Positions 10,943 to 21,869 of a DNA stretch of 64,000 bases are shown here, one piece after another. Each line of letters starts with the position of its first letter. Positions within the stretch are counted from its first letter, which is position 1. A program made the position numbers and the translations under genes. The stretch lies in contig NC_045714.1 of NCBI RefSeq assembly GCF_009834535.1, positions 14,632,001 to 14,696,000 of the forward strand. The letters run 5' to 3'. Source of the stretch: Camelus ferus. Lineage: Eukaryota. The notes under the pieces are model-generated. The model saw nothing but the letters and a program-made list of their open reading frames with translations, was not told the DNA's origin and searched no databases.

Positions 10943-11677
10943 TTACGGCTTCTCGTTACAGTGTTTGCAAAGCGCCGAGGGCGTCCCGGAGAAGGCGGCG
11001 CACTTGTCGGGGCAGGGCAGCGCGGCGCCGGCAGAGAAGGGGTACACGGCGGCCTGGCTGAAGTGCGTCAAGGGCGCGGCGGCTACGGGCGCGGCCAGGC
11101 CTTGGCCCTGGTTGAGNNNNNNNNNNNNNNNNNNNNNNNNNNNNNNNNNNNNNNNNNNNNNNNNNNNNNNNNNNNNNNNNNNNNNNNNNNNNNNNNNNNN
11201 NNNNNNNNNNNNNNNNNNNNNNNNNNNNNNNNNNNNNNNNNNNNNNNNNNNNNNNNCCAGCGCGTCGTTCAGGTCGTGCATGCGTCGCCGCTCGCGCGCG
11301 TTGATGCTCAGGCGCAGCGAGCGCTGCTCCCGGGGCCGCCGCCGCCCGTCCGACGCGCCCCCGGGCCCGCGCCGCCGCCGCCGCTGCTGCTCGAAGGCGT
11401 CGTCCTCGTCGCCGCTCTGCTCGCCGCTGCTCTCGGTCGCCGCGGCCGGGGCTCGGGGCGCGGGCGCCGCTGGGAGGTCTCCGCCCTGGCCCGGCGCGCC
11501 GTAGCCACGGGCCGCCTCGGGCCCCCGGGCCGCCCCGTAGGCGAAGCCCGCCGCCGCCGCCGCCGCCGCCGCGTAGCCATGGCTCAGCGCCAGGTACGCG
11601 TCCCCCGACAGCGACTTGAGCTCTGCCATGGCCACGCCGCCGGGGCCTGAGAGCTCGCCAGGAGCGCAGGTGCTCAT
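10943..11677 (-). CDS. BHLHE23: Class E basic helix-loop-helix protein 23 (bHLHb4/Beta4), single exon, 244 aa (228 aa from second ATG at 11629)
   Basis: ORF contains MAELKSLSGDAYLALSHGY, basic region/helix 1 RSLRLSINARERRRMHDLNDAL (Olig/Beta3 class) and C-terminus CPDKCAAFSGTPSALCKHCNEKP, all matching BHLHE23 as recalled; stop TAA at 10943-10945; HAR1 nearby fits human synteny. Confidence 0.96.
   Translation of the reverse strand: MSTCAPGELSGPGGVAMAELKSLSGDAYLALSHGYAAAAAAAAGFAYGAARGPEAARGYGAPGQGGDLPAAPAPRAPAAATESSGEQSGDEDDAFEQQRRRRRGPGGASDGRRRPREQRSLRLSINARERRRMHDLNDALXXXXXXXXXXXXXXXXXXXXXXXXXXXXXXXXXXXXXXXXXXXXXXXLNQGQGLAAPVAAAPLTHFSQAAVYPFSAGAALPCPDKCAAFSGTPSALCKHCNEKP
11117..11256. other. 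Sequence gap (140 N) inside the BHLHE23 HLH domain
   Basis: Run of N; 1 known base plus 140 N equals 47 codons, so frame is preserved. Confidence 0.98.
11549..11572 (-). repeat. Pure (GCG)8 coding repeat, poly-alanine tract of BHLHE23
   Basis: Plus strand (CGC)8 between the Tyr and Gly codons. Confidence 0.93.
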
Positions 11678-11932
11678 TCGGCCGGGCCCGCGCCGCCCCG
11701 AGGTCCTCCGAGGTGCGGCTCCCGGCTCGCGCGTCCGTCCGGCAGTCTGTCGGTCCCCGAGCCTCCCCGCGCGGGGCCTCTCTGTCCCGCCTCGGCCCCG
11801 CCTCCTGCTCGTCTCCTCCTCCTCCCCTCTTCCTCCGCTCCCTTCTCTCCTCTTTCCTCTCCCCCGCCCACTCTCCCACCGCGCGCAGGGCTGCGCTGGG
11901 GAGGGCGCTACCTCCCGCTCGCGCCGCTCCTG

Positions 11933-11980
11933 TTTTAAGGTGCGGAGGCGTCCGCTGGGACTTCGCGGCCGTCCAATCAG
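11933..11980 (-). promoter_or_regulatory. Putative BHLHE23 core promoter: TATA-like TTAAAA plus CCAAT box
   Basis: Minus-strand CCTTAAAACA (TTAAAA at 11933-11938) and NF-Y-like CCAATCAG at 11973-11980, about 40 bp further upstream; implies a TSS near 11905. Confidence 0.5.
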
Positions 11981-13527
11981 AGAGGACCTGGTGACCTCCT
12001 CTCCCCGGAGCCCGGCATCACCAGGGCGCAGACCGACGGCCAGGGATGGGGGGCACCGCCGGAATGGAGGGAGCTGAAGGTCTGGCTGGAGACAGGGTGG
12101 AGGCAGAGGGACGTGAGAGAGCTTTTCCTGTTTCTCGGCGTCTCCGGCTGCTGCCTCCTGTTACCCCCGGGGGCCGCCACAACACGCTCTCGACCCTTTG
12201 GGGCACCCGCCTCAGCCCGTCTGGTCCTCGCCTTGGATACCCCTTGCAGGAGTCACCTCCAGCGTCGCGCGGGCAGGCGTCAGAGCAGGGAGCGCGCAGC
12301 AGCCCCGGGCGCTTTGACCGCCCAGAGGCCGGAGCAGGTGCGGAGAGCACGCCGGGGGCCTCCTCCCGGGTGAGGGCGCGCAGCTCTGCGGGGACGCCCT
12401 CGCGGAGCGGCTGCACGGCCGCACGGCCCGAGGTGCTCCGGGCGCCCTGCGGCCCCACTGGGCTGGGACTTGCCGGCAGCCGGCCCTTTCCTGGGCCGCC
12501 AGCCCCGGCCGCACCGTTTCCAGGGACAAGTGCGTCCTGAGGTTGCTTCCACGCTCCACAGAGTCATAGTCATTTGAAGCAGGGCTCGGGTTTCAAGGAC
12601 AAAACCCTCTCGTTTAGGCTAAAACTCTTGGTTCAATTAGTTGCTACTTCACGCAAAAAGCTTTCCCCACTGCTTGTCTTACCTTAGAGGGAGAATGTTC
12701 TCAGTTTCCTACTGGGGAAGGGGGGCGAGGGCTCCACCGTGGAGTTGGGGAGAATGGCCGCTCTGCTGGAGGAAGACAGTGGGGAGTTTGGGGCCTATGA
12801 GAGACCAGGGTGGGGGCGGATCTTGTGTCCTGGCCTGAGTCTCCATCAAGAAACCCCTCCAGGACTCTGTGGTGGTGCCCCCAGGGGGGCGTCAGACCAG
12901 GGAGGTGTGGCCTGAGCTTCTGCAGGGGTGGCAGCTGGGATGCACCGTGCGTGATTGTGGGGGTGAGTGGGGGGTGCTGCTCATTGGGCACAGCTGTCCT
13001 CAGGGTGAGGGGCTGGCCAACTGGGGTGGCCAGCCAGGAGAGTCCCCGTGGAGATTAGGGACGAGGATTAAGGCCAGACCTGTCTGAAGGTTGGGAGGGG
13101 TGGGGTGACCACGGAGTTTCTAACACAGGTTGAAAGGCCTTAGGAGGGCAGCCTTGCTCCTTTTCAAACCCTGGGTCCCTGTTTAGCACGATGGCTATGA
13201 GGTGGTTCAGGGCGTCACCTCACCGCCAGCGCTCTGCCACCTAACCTTCCTCCGTATTCCGAGTGTGGCGAGCGCACGCTGGCTTGCAGGGCTTTGGCCG
13301 GAGTTTCCAGAGCTGCTTCCTGCTCCCCGATCCAGCTCCATCTGATAGGAATCCTGTCAGCCTCAGGACCCACCTTCCAGCAGGGGATGAAGGACCCCAA
13401 ACTTTCTCCCAGGTGGGAAGCTGCTGGAGGCCCGTGAGCTGATGAGGGAGGGTGCTCCCCACTCCGCTGGGAGATGGGTGTCACCCTGGCCTCCAGCTGC
13501 ATACTGCCTGGGAACCTCTCATCAGGC

Positions 13528-13600
13528 CCTGCTGTGTGACCTTGGCAGAGTCGCTTAACCTCTCTGTACCCCAGGTTCCGCCAGGGAGAGGAATCACAGA
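13528..13600 (+). mobile_element. MIR SINE core fragment
   Basis: GCTGTGTGACCTTGGCAGAGTCGCTTAACCTCTCTGTACCCCAGGTTCC matches the MIR core. Confidence 0.75.
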
Positions 13601-14940
13601 GATGACCTGTGTGTTGTTGGGTGCTTGGGGAAAGTGAGTGGGTGCCAGGTGCTTTTGTGGAGTGAATGGATGAGAGCTGTGTGCACTCGGAAGGTTCTAG
13701 AAATCCCCCAGTGACGGGATCCTAGCTCTCGAGGGCTTCCAGGCTGGATGTGAGCTTCTGAGGCAGGAACAAGCATGTGGGTAATCAGTCATGGGAAACA
13801 TCAGGCCCCCCGTGCTCTGAGCCCTGCAGATTGGGGGGGTGGGGTGGCGGCTGATGCCTCCGCCCTGCTGTGTGCACCCGAGGGCCGGCCTCACCCACCA
13901 GCATGTCCTGGCTGGGATTGAAGATGGACTCAGGGACTAGAAGGGTCTGGGGGAGGCCCTTTCCAAGGAGCCCCTGGACAGCCCCTGGGCTGAGGTCAGA
14001 CACAGGCAGGGCGGCAGGGGCAGCCTGCTGAGGTCTGAAGGGTGAGTGGGTGTCAATTAGGCCAACAATGGGGGCGGGGGAGCACCCTGGGGGCAATAGG
14101 CACATAGGAGGGGCGTCAGGGGGCCAGGGCGGGGCCCAGGGACTCCTCTGGGGTGGCAGGAACAGTGTAGAGGTTGGTCTTTGGTGGTAGAGCAGAGGTG
14201 GTCACGGAGGGAGCTCAGGGAAGAGTTTTCTGCAGAGCAGTGCGCCCGCTGCGGTTAGGGGGGTTGGAGGTGTCCCTCCAGGCCTGGCAGAGCTGCCGGG
14301 GTGAAAGAGGACGTGGAGAGAGGCGGGCCAACTCCACAGTTACCCCAAGGCTAGCGTCACTGGTGGGGACAGGTAGCCCATCCTGCCTCTGGACTCAGCG
14401 CTGGCTCGGGGGAGGGCTGGGTAGAGGGGGAGGGTATGCTGTGGACAAACTGAGAGTGGAGGCATTTTAACCACCCAGGGCGTGTCTGGCAGGCACGCGT
14501 GAGGACACGGAAATGTTAGGTGGGGCCAGTGGAATATGCGGTAGTTGGAGCCACAGGCATGGAGGAGACTGGCTTTGAGAACAAGGGCTGTGGCGGGCGC
14601 CCGGCTGTGGCCGCAGGTCGGCATAGCCGGGAGATTACGTTAAAGCCAAGGTCCAGCCCCGCCCAGGGACCTGACACCCGCAGCCCGGGTCCCGGCTGCC
14701 CACTGGGATGTCTGTACTCCAGGCCAGAAGCCCAAGGTTCTGGATCAGTTTCTGAATGGCCAGGTAACCCAGAAACTTTAACTCAGAGAAGAGCTGGAGG
14801 CAGCGGTGGGCGTGGGGCCAGGGGGCGGGCCTTGGTCTGGGGTTGGAGGCCCTTAAGCGGCCTCCGTGGGGGGCCCACCTGGGCGGGCCTCAGCCACAAG
14901 TGCGGACAGCTCAGGGAGAGGAGTGGTTTTTGGTCAGATG

Positions 14941-14954
14941 CCGCCACCTGCTGG
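14941..14954 (-). promoter_or_regulatory. CTCF core motif
   Basis: Reverse complement CCAGCAGGTGGCGG fits CCASYAGRKGGCR. Confidence 0.45.
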
Positions 14955-16457
14955 CCGCATGGGAGATTGCGCTCCCCGGGGCCCCCTGCTGGTTAAGAAC
15001 GTTCTCAGGCGCCAGGTGGGGAGTGGAGAAACCTCCCATGCCCTGTCCTGGGGGTCCACCCGGTCCCCAGTGTACCAGGCCGCCAGGGCATCACCCAGAG
15101 TTCCAGCTGACGCAGCAGACTTGCCACCTCTGGGCCCCTTCAATCTCGGGGGTGTGATGATCAGATGACATGGCCCATGTGGATGTCACCGGCTGCCCCT
15201 GCTGCTAGGCTGTGGTGTTAGGGTCCGGGAAGGCGCCTGACGTGGAGCAGAGGGGACTCACCTGGGGAGCCCAGCTGGAAGGCTGGGTTGGGGATGGGGA
15301 GGACACAGCTCTGGGGTCCACGGAGCTCCCTGCTGTGTGGCCTTGGGGACAGCAGGGAAGCACCACTGGCAACGGGGGAAGCCCAGCCTCTCCCCTCTGG
15401 TGGGTGGAGGCTCCGGAGACCAGCACGTCACCCCCTGCACCTGCTACAGGGTCGAGACTGGATAAAGGGAAGATGCCCAGGCAGGGCCGCTGTGCCAGAC
15501 CTGGACGGAGACCAGCTGGCTTCTTCGGGGCCACGCCAGCCTTAGGGTGGAAGACCCCACTTTTCCAGGGTCAGAAGTGAGCACTGGGCCTCCCACCTGG
15601 TACTCGGGGATATTCCTGGTTCCTTACATCATTTCTGGCATCTCAGCAGTTCCCTTTCAAACATCAGTGACCAGCAGCGTCCTTTACATAAGAGGCAGGG
15701 CCAGTCCTGGGAGCTGGCTGACAGACGCCTATGGAATATTGATCCCAAACCTCTCTGTGCTTTTACTGATTTTGTTTTACAACAGCAAGCTTGCTTTTGG
15801 CTTGTGATTTCTGCAATATTTCCTAAGTGCAGAGGGTTAAATGAGGTCACAGCTCTTTGCTGTTTGGTGTGGATAACTCCTCCGGGGCGAGGTCCCTGAG
15901 GGGAGGCCGAGGGCAGCGTGCTGAGGCAGCCGGGATGGCTCCGGCCACGCCAGGCAGGGAAGAGGCTTGGCGATTCCTTTGGGGCCGCATCCTTCCTGGA
16001 TTTCGGGTGAGGCTCTGCCCCTGCCCCAGTGGTTTCCGTGGGTCTCTGGTGATGGGGGGCGGTCCCAAGGCCCCGCCTCTGGGGGCTGCTGGTCAGCTCA
16101 CTTTAGGTGGCGCGTGTCACCAGGTACTGCTTGCCGAGTTCCTCTGGGCAGCGCTTGGTAATTGCCCTCAAAGTCTTCTGGGTCATGTGGCAGAGCCTCC
16201 GGGTGGTGGCTCTGGGGTCCGACTGTGCACCGTCTCCCCGTCCTTTCACTCCCCTTGGGGAGGGTAAGGAAGACAGCCCCCAGTCCACTTACAAGATCCT
16301 GCTTTTGTTCAAGCTGTTGTTTGAAGCTCCACAAAACCACCACCTCCTACATTTGCACAGGACTCGACAGTTTACAAAGGCCTCCATTCCTCCTCCCCTC
16401 TCTCCCCCCACCCAGCTAGTGGGCACTGTGCCAGGCGATTCCAGGGTGGTGAGAAGT

Positions 16458-17000
16458 TTTATTTATTTATTTTTAAAAAACTAGCTTTGTTGAGATATAA
16501 TTCACTTACCACACAATTAGCCCACTTATAGCATACAATGCAGAGGTTTTTGGTGTATTCAGTGTCATGCATCCTTCCAGTCTATTTCAGGACACCATCG
16601 TCCCCCCAAAGCCCAGATGCACTAGCCATCACTGCCCCTCCTCCCTTGGTGATGCCCTTGGCAACCAGCAGTCTGCTTTCTGTCTCTCTGGGTTTGCTTG
16701 TTCTGGACGTTTCACATAAACGGACTCAAGACAGTCTTTTGTGGCCGGCTTCTCTCGCTGAGTGAGGGGTTCCAAGGTTCATCCACATTGTGGGAGAGGA
16801 GGCTTCAGTGAAAGATGAGCTACTGGTTTGTAGCCTCTGGATGGGGTACATATGGGACAGTCCCCTGGTACTGACCATCTCCCGAATGTTGCTTATGACC
16901 CCGTCGGTTTCACCAGCCGGCCCTTCGGGTCCCCGTGGAGGCGGTACCTGCTGGGAGTCCTGGCAGATTTCTTGGAGACAAACGTGGGGTGTATCAGCAT
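16458..17000 (-). mobile_element. L1 (L1MB-like) 3' end with A-rich tail
   Basis: TTTATTTATTTATTTTTAAAAAACTAGCTTTGTTGAGATATAATTCAC...TCCAAGGTTCATCCACATTGTGG is an antisense L1M 3' UTR; similarity from 16790 to 17000 is weaker. Confidence 0.75.
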
Positions 17001-17019
17001 GCATGTACCCCCCAAACTG

Positions 17020-18610
17020 AAATTCTGACAAACATTTAAAGAAGAATTAAGACCAATTCTTCTCAAAATCTCCCCAAAACTTGAAGAGGTGGGAACACTC
17101 CCAAACTCATTTCACAAGGCCAGCATTGCCCGCTACCGAAGGCCAGACAAGGACACCAAGCAGAAGACAGTTGCAGGCCAATATCCCTGGTGATAAAGGA
17201 GCAGAGTCCCCCAGGCCAGAAGGGGGAGCTGAACCGCCTCTACTGCAGGTAACATGATCTTATACACACAAAACCCTACAGACTCCACCAAAAACCTGTC
17301 AGAACTAAGAAAGAATTCAGGAAACACGCAGGAGACAAAATTAGCACACTAGCAACAAATCGTCAGAAAGAGAAATTAAGGAACCAATCTCACAATTGCA
17401 CCCAAAGAATAAAACCCCCAGAAATATATTAAACCAAGGAGGTGAAGGAACTGTGCACCAAAACCTGCTAGACACTGATGGAAGACATCAAAGAAGACAC
17501 CGAGAAGTGGAGACACTTCATGCTCCCAGACTGCAAGAATTACTGTGGTTAAAATGTCCCTGCTGCCCAAAGCCACCTATAGATGCAGCGCGGTCCCTAC
17601 CAAGATTCTGGTGGCACTTTTCACAGAAATAGGAAAAAATCCTAAAATTCATGTGGAACCGCAAAATACCCTGAATACCCAAAGCAATCCCGAGAGATAA
17701 GGACAAAGCTGGAGACATCACGTTTCCTGACTTGAAACTGCTGCAAAGCTCTGGTAACCGAACAGCGCGGTATCGGCGTAACAACAGACACCCAGATCAA
17801 TGCAACGGAGCAGAGTGTCCAGAAATAAGCCCATGCTCTTTGGGTCAATTAATTTATGACAAAGGAGACAAGCATATTCAGCGAGGAAGGGGCGGTCTCT
17901 TCAATGAATGGTGTTGGGAACACTGGACAGCCCAGTGCAAAAGGTTGACACGGGACCCCTGTCTTACACCACACACACAGCCCAACTCACGGTGAATCAA
18001 AGACGTGACCATGAGACCCAAAACCGGAGAACCCTAGAAGAAGAAACAAGCCGTCTGCTCCTTGTTGTGGGTCTTGGGGGTGAGCTTTCGATTTGACACT
18101 GAAAGCAAAGGCAACAAAAGCAAAAATAAGCAAATGGGACCACATCACACTGAAGAGCTTCTGTGCAGGACAGGAAGCCATCAACCAAGTGAGAAGGCAG
18201 CCCACTGAGTGGGAGGGCACATTGGTAAATCATGTGTCTGATAAGGGGTTACTAGTCAAGGTATATGAAGAACTCATACAGCTCAACAAACAAAACAAAA
18301 CCCAAAAAAGCAAAAACAAACAAACAAACAAACAAACAAAAACCACCAGAAAAGAAAAAAACAAAACCCAAACAAATCAATTAAAACTTGAGCAGAGGAC
18401 CTGAATAGGTGTTTTTCAAAATTAAAAACACAAACGGCCAGCAGGCACATGAAATGCGGCTCAGCACCACTGATAGTCAGGGAAAGGCAGATCACAAGCA
18501 CCGGAGACCCCGACACCTGTCCGAATGGCTGTTGCCAGGAAGACAAGGGACAGGAGTGTCAGTGAGGGGCGGGGAAGGGCAGCCCTGGGCACTTTCTTGT
18601 GAGAGCGCAG
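17020..18610 (+). mobile_element. Decayed L1 ORF2 fragment (RT to C-terminus) with internal deletion
   Basis: ACATTTAAAGAAGAATTAAGACCAATTCTTCTCAAA..., degraded FADD-codon region (CTACTGCAGGTAACATGATC), ...CAAAAGCAAAAATAAGCAAATGGGACCACATCACACTGAAGAGCTTCTG...; many stops and frameshifts; contains a (CAAA)n-like stretch at about 18285-18365. Confidence 0.9.
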
Positions 18611-18749
18611 CTACTGCTCGGACCTTCCTGGTCACCCCCTCAGCCCCTTCGGCTCCTTCTTTTCCTGATGATCTTGTCTCAGAGGAATCAGGATTGGGTC
18701 CTTCACCTGCTCTCTGCCTGCGCCTGCTCCCTTGGGGATCCCCTCCCGC

Positions 18750-19000
18750 ACCATTTCTGTGCCCGTGACTCCCGTGGTCCTGCCCAGACCCCAACTCCAG
18801 ACTCACGAGTCCAGCTGCCTGCTGGTCTGGTGGGTCACCTCAAACTCAGGCACAGTCGTGACCAGGCTCTGGTCTTCCCCCCAGACCTGCGCACCCGTCA
18901 CCTCCCCCACTTCTGCTGACGACAGTCCTGCCTGGTGAGGAGCCCGAGGCCGCCCCCACCCCCAGCCCTCTCCGGTCCCAGCCCCCAGGACCACGACCCC
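18750..19000 (+). mobile_element. L2 fragment
   Basis: GCCCAGACCCCAACTCCAGACTCACGAGTCCAGCTGCCTGCTGG...CACCTCAAACTC resembles L2 3' ORF sequence. Confidence 0.5.
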
Positions 19001-19733
19001 TGAAACCACAGTTGTTTCGAACAGCAAGTTTCTGGGGTTTGCCAGGGGCAGTCATGACCGAGACAGCGTCTCCTGCTTCTGTCCTTGCTCCCCTGCAGTT
19101 TACCCCCCACCCCACGTCAAACACATGCCGGACAGCGGCCCTTCTGTGGGCCCCTCGCTCGGGGGCAGGAGTGGCCGACGTGGCCCTCGTGACGCCGCCA
19201 GCAGGGGCCAGTGAGCTCCGCATGCTCCAGCCGGCCCCCCGCCGCTCCCCAGCACCCTCCAGCCTTGCGTGCCCTGTCCCCTTGCCTCGCCTCGGGGACA
19301 CCTGCAGGCGAAGCGTTTCCTGCCAGGCCCGCATCCCTCCTGTGTCTCTCCAGGCTGCTCCTCTCTGTTGGCTTCGGGTACTGGTCCACCCCACCCACCG
19401 TCCGTGCCCTCGGCCTCCACCATCTTTGCAGGCGACAGAGCAGGTCAGAGTGACCTCCCAGCCCCGCTGAGGTCGCCTGAGTTCCCTGCTGAGCACTGAA
19501 TAGGCATGGGTGTGAGTGGGGGGCTCTGTGTGGGCTGCAGGCCTGCACGGGGGAGGGGTTATAGCGAGCTCTGCCCTGGCTCCTCAGTGCTGCCAGTCAG
19601 GGGGCAGCTTGGGTGTCCAGGGCCTAAGGCAGAGAGCAGGACCCCCACCCCCGTGCCGCTCCCCCCAAGCAGGGGTGTCGTGGGGTGGGGAGGGGAGGGG
19701 AGGGTGGCCCCTTAGGGGCAGTTTGCCTTTTGG

Positions 19734-19747
19734 CCTCCAGGGGGCAG
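19734..19747 (+). promoter_or_regulatory. CTCF-like motif
   Basis: CCTCCAGGGGGCAG, one mismatch to the core. Confidence 0.3.
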
Positions 19748-20164
19748 CAAGCTCCTAGGTTTGTGTGGCCAGAGGAAGGTTTGGGGGCAGCAGGAGCCTG
19801 GTGTCTAAGTGTGTCCTTGGTTGCCCTTGGGCCAGACTACAGGGACACAGCCAGGAGGGTGACCAGTGCCGGGCCCTGCACGGTGGGCCAGAAAGAGGGG
19901 CGACGGGTGCCTCCTGGGCTTGGGGGTGGGTCTGCTGTCCTACCCCGGCCCCCAGGGTCCCCAGTCCTGCTCTGGATGCAGGAGCCTGTCCCCTGCCCTC
20001 CCCAGCTCTGGGTCAGGGGAGCTCCGGAGCGAGGGCTGCAGACACCAGCAGCTGGTCTGGGCCTGGGAAGGGCAGGGGCGTTCGTGCAATGCCAGCTGGG
20101 GGCCTGGCCTGGAGCCAGAAGGAAGGTGGCTCTGGCCTCAGGGAGGGTCTAGGCCCAGGAAGGA

Positions 20165-20345
20165 CAGTGATCAGGGCCCAGGTCCCAGAGCCAGGCTGCT
20201 GGCAGCCCACGCTGGACCCCTGACTCTCTCCTCACCTGTAAAATGGGTAAACCGAGGCCTGGCTGTGGCACCTACCTCTTGGGGGCTGTGCACTTAAGCG
20301 AGTCCAGGGACAGGCCTTTGCATGCTCTGACCAGGCACCACACAC
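20165..20345 (+). mobile_element. MIR SINE fragment
   Basis: CCAGAGCCAGGCTG...CTCCTCACCTGTAAAATGGG...CACCTACCTC matches MIR. Confidence 0.6.
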
Positions 20346-21184
20346 ACTCGGGTGGGTCAGCCCTGCTGGGATGACCACGAGCAGCGTGGACCCAGCCTGG
20401 CTCTTCCATGGGACCTCCTGAGTGGGAGACCCAGGGTTTCCGAGTCTGTGAAATGGGGAGCAAGGCCAAGAGGTTACCTGGGAGACCATGGGGGGTCAGT
20501 CTCCCACCCTGGGTGCCCCTCTCTTTGGTCCCTCAGCCCTGGACACACATCTGAGCCCCGATGCCGTGGCACACATCCAGATGCGGGGACCCGACACTGG
20601 GCCGGAGGTCAGGATGGTCCTCGCACCCGGACCTACAGTTGGGCGCCGTGCTGGCTTCCAAGAGCCCACCTCGAGACGCACGGTCCTGGTCCCTGGCGGT
20701 CTGAATTCCCTGTCCAGAGCTGCCCTGGTGAGTCGTGGCCGCAGGCTGCCAGCTGGCTGTGTGGTCGCCAGCGCCTGCTGCAGTGTTTGCATTAAACCCT
20801 GCGCTGACGCCTGGACGTGGCTTCTTGGCCTCCACTGGGCCATTGCGGGTCAGCTGTGCTGCGAGAGCGTCGGTCCAGCTCTGCCCCTGAGCCACACCGT
20901 CTGCTTCCCGCACCGAGGACTCTGGCTGGTGCCCCGACGTCCTTCGGGGGCTGGAGCGCTTCCCGATGGGGTGCAGGTCAGTGGGGGAGCACGGGTCTTA
21001 CCTTCTCAAGGGTCCTGAACCGTCGCCTTTCCATCTACGAGGGTCTTGAGGTATCTCCGTGTTTACCTACGTCTTGGCTTTTCTTGTCGGTGTTTCTTGG
21101 TTTTCAGAACACACCTCTTCCACAGACGCCGCCAGCTCCTCCTGCCTGTCCCATCTCTTGTTCCCCTTCCCTCTTTTCCTGTGC

Positions 21185-21540
21185 CTTTTTTTATATTTAA
21201 ATATTTTAAAATACACAAAAAAGAACATACTATATTCAGTCCAATATACCCAACACCCAGATTCACCAGTTACGAAGATTTCCCCACATTTTCTTTATTC
21301 ATCACTTTTTCTTCTCTGTTACTCTTTGCTGAAATGTTTTAGGAGTTCATTCCAGACATCATGTCATTGCACTCCTGTGCACGTCTTAAAAATAAGACCA
21401 CTTTTACAACTGCGATGCATCGTCCCACCTTACAAAATTGGCACTCATTCCCTTGACTTACCTAATACAGATTACCAAATATTTCTAAACAGAAGTTACA
21501 TCCATAGACTTGATCGTATTCCTATCTGGCAAAAACATGG
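21185..21540 (-). mobile_element. Ancient L1 (L1MC/L1ME-like) 3' region
   Basis: ATACCCAACACCCAGATTCACCAGTTACGAAGATTTCCCCACATTTTCTTT... AT-rich antisense L1 3' UTR. Confidence 0.6.
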
Positions 21541-21659
21541 TGTCAGCCTTGTCTGCTCGCTAGAACCACCAGGGAAAATGGAAACCCTGCTCCCCAAGCT
21601 TGGGACCCACCTCCAGGGGTCTGACGTAAACGGTCTGAGGTGTAGGCCAGGCATGCTTT

Positions 21660-21865
21660 TTATTTTTTTAATTTAATTTTTTAATTGAAGTAGAGCTGAT
21701 TTACAATGTTGTGTTAGTTTCAGGGGTACAGCAAGGTGATTCAGTTGTACATGTACTTTTTTTCAGATTCTTTTCAATTACAGGTTATTATAAGATATAT
21801 ATTATAAGATATATATTATAAGATATAGCTCCCTGGGCTCTGCAGTAGGCCCTTCCTTTATCATT
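21660..21865 (-). mobile_element. Artiodactyl-type L1 3' end
   Basis: TTTTTAATTGAAGTAGAGCTGATTTACAATGTTGTGTTAGTTTCAGGGGTACAGCAAGGTGATTCAG...CAGATTCTTTTCAATTACAGGTTATTATAAGATA is a typical antisense L1 tail. Confidence 0.8.
21786..21827 (+). repeat. 3 x 14-bp tandem repeat TATTATAAGATATA inside the L1 tail
   Basis: Three exact copies at 21786, 21800 and 21814. Confidence 0.9.
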
Positions 21866-21869
21866 TTGG

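Larger units (their letters stand above)
10300..12550. promoter_or_regulatory. CpG island covering BHLHE23 and its promoter
   Basis: Very high CG dinucleotide density across the gene and about 0.9 kb upstream; boundaries judged by eye. Confidence 0.85.

Noticed and set aside
10725-11879. Long alternative-frame and antisense ORFs overlapping BHLHE23 (259, 248 and 307 aa)
   Set aside because: Shadows of a very GC-rich CDS and CpG island, helped by the N-gap; non-ATG starts and low-complexity Arg/Gly/Ala content.
18461-18480. RE1-like TCAGCACCACTGATAG
   Set aside because: Inside an L1 relic, with two mismatches in the critical right half.
21059-21676. 205-aa hydrophobic ORF resembling a membrane protein
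   Set aside because: Hydrophobicity comes from T-rich antisense L1 sequence.
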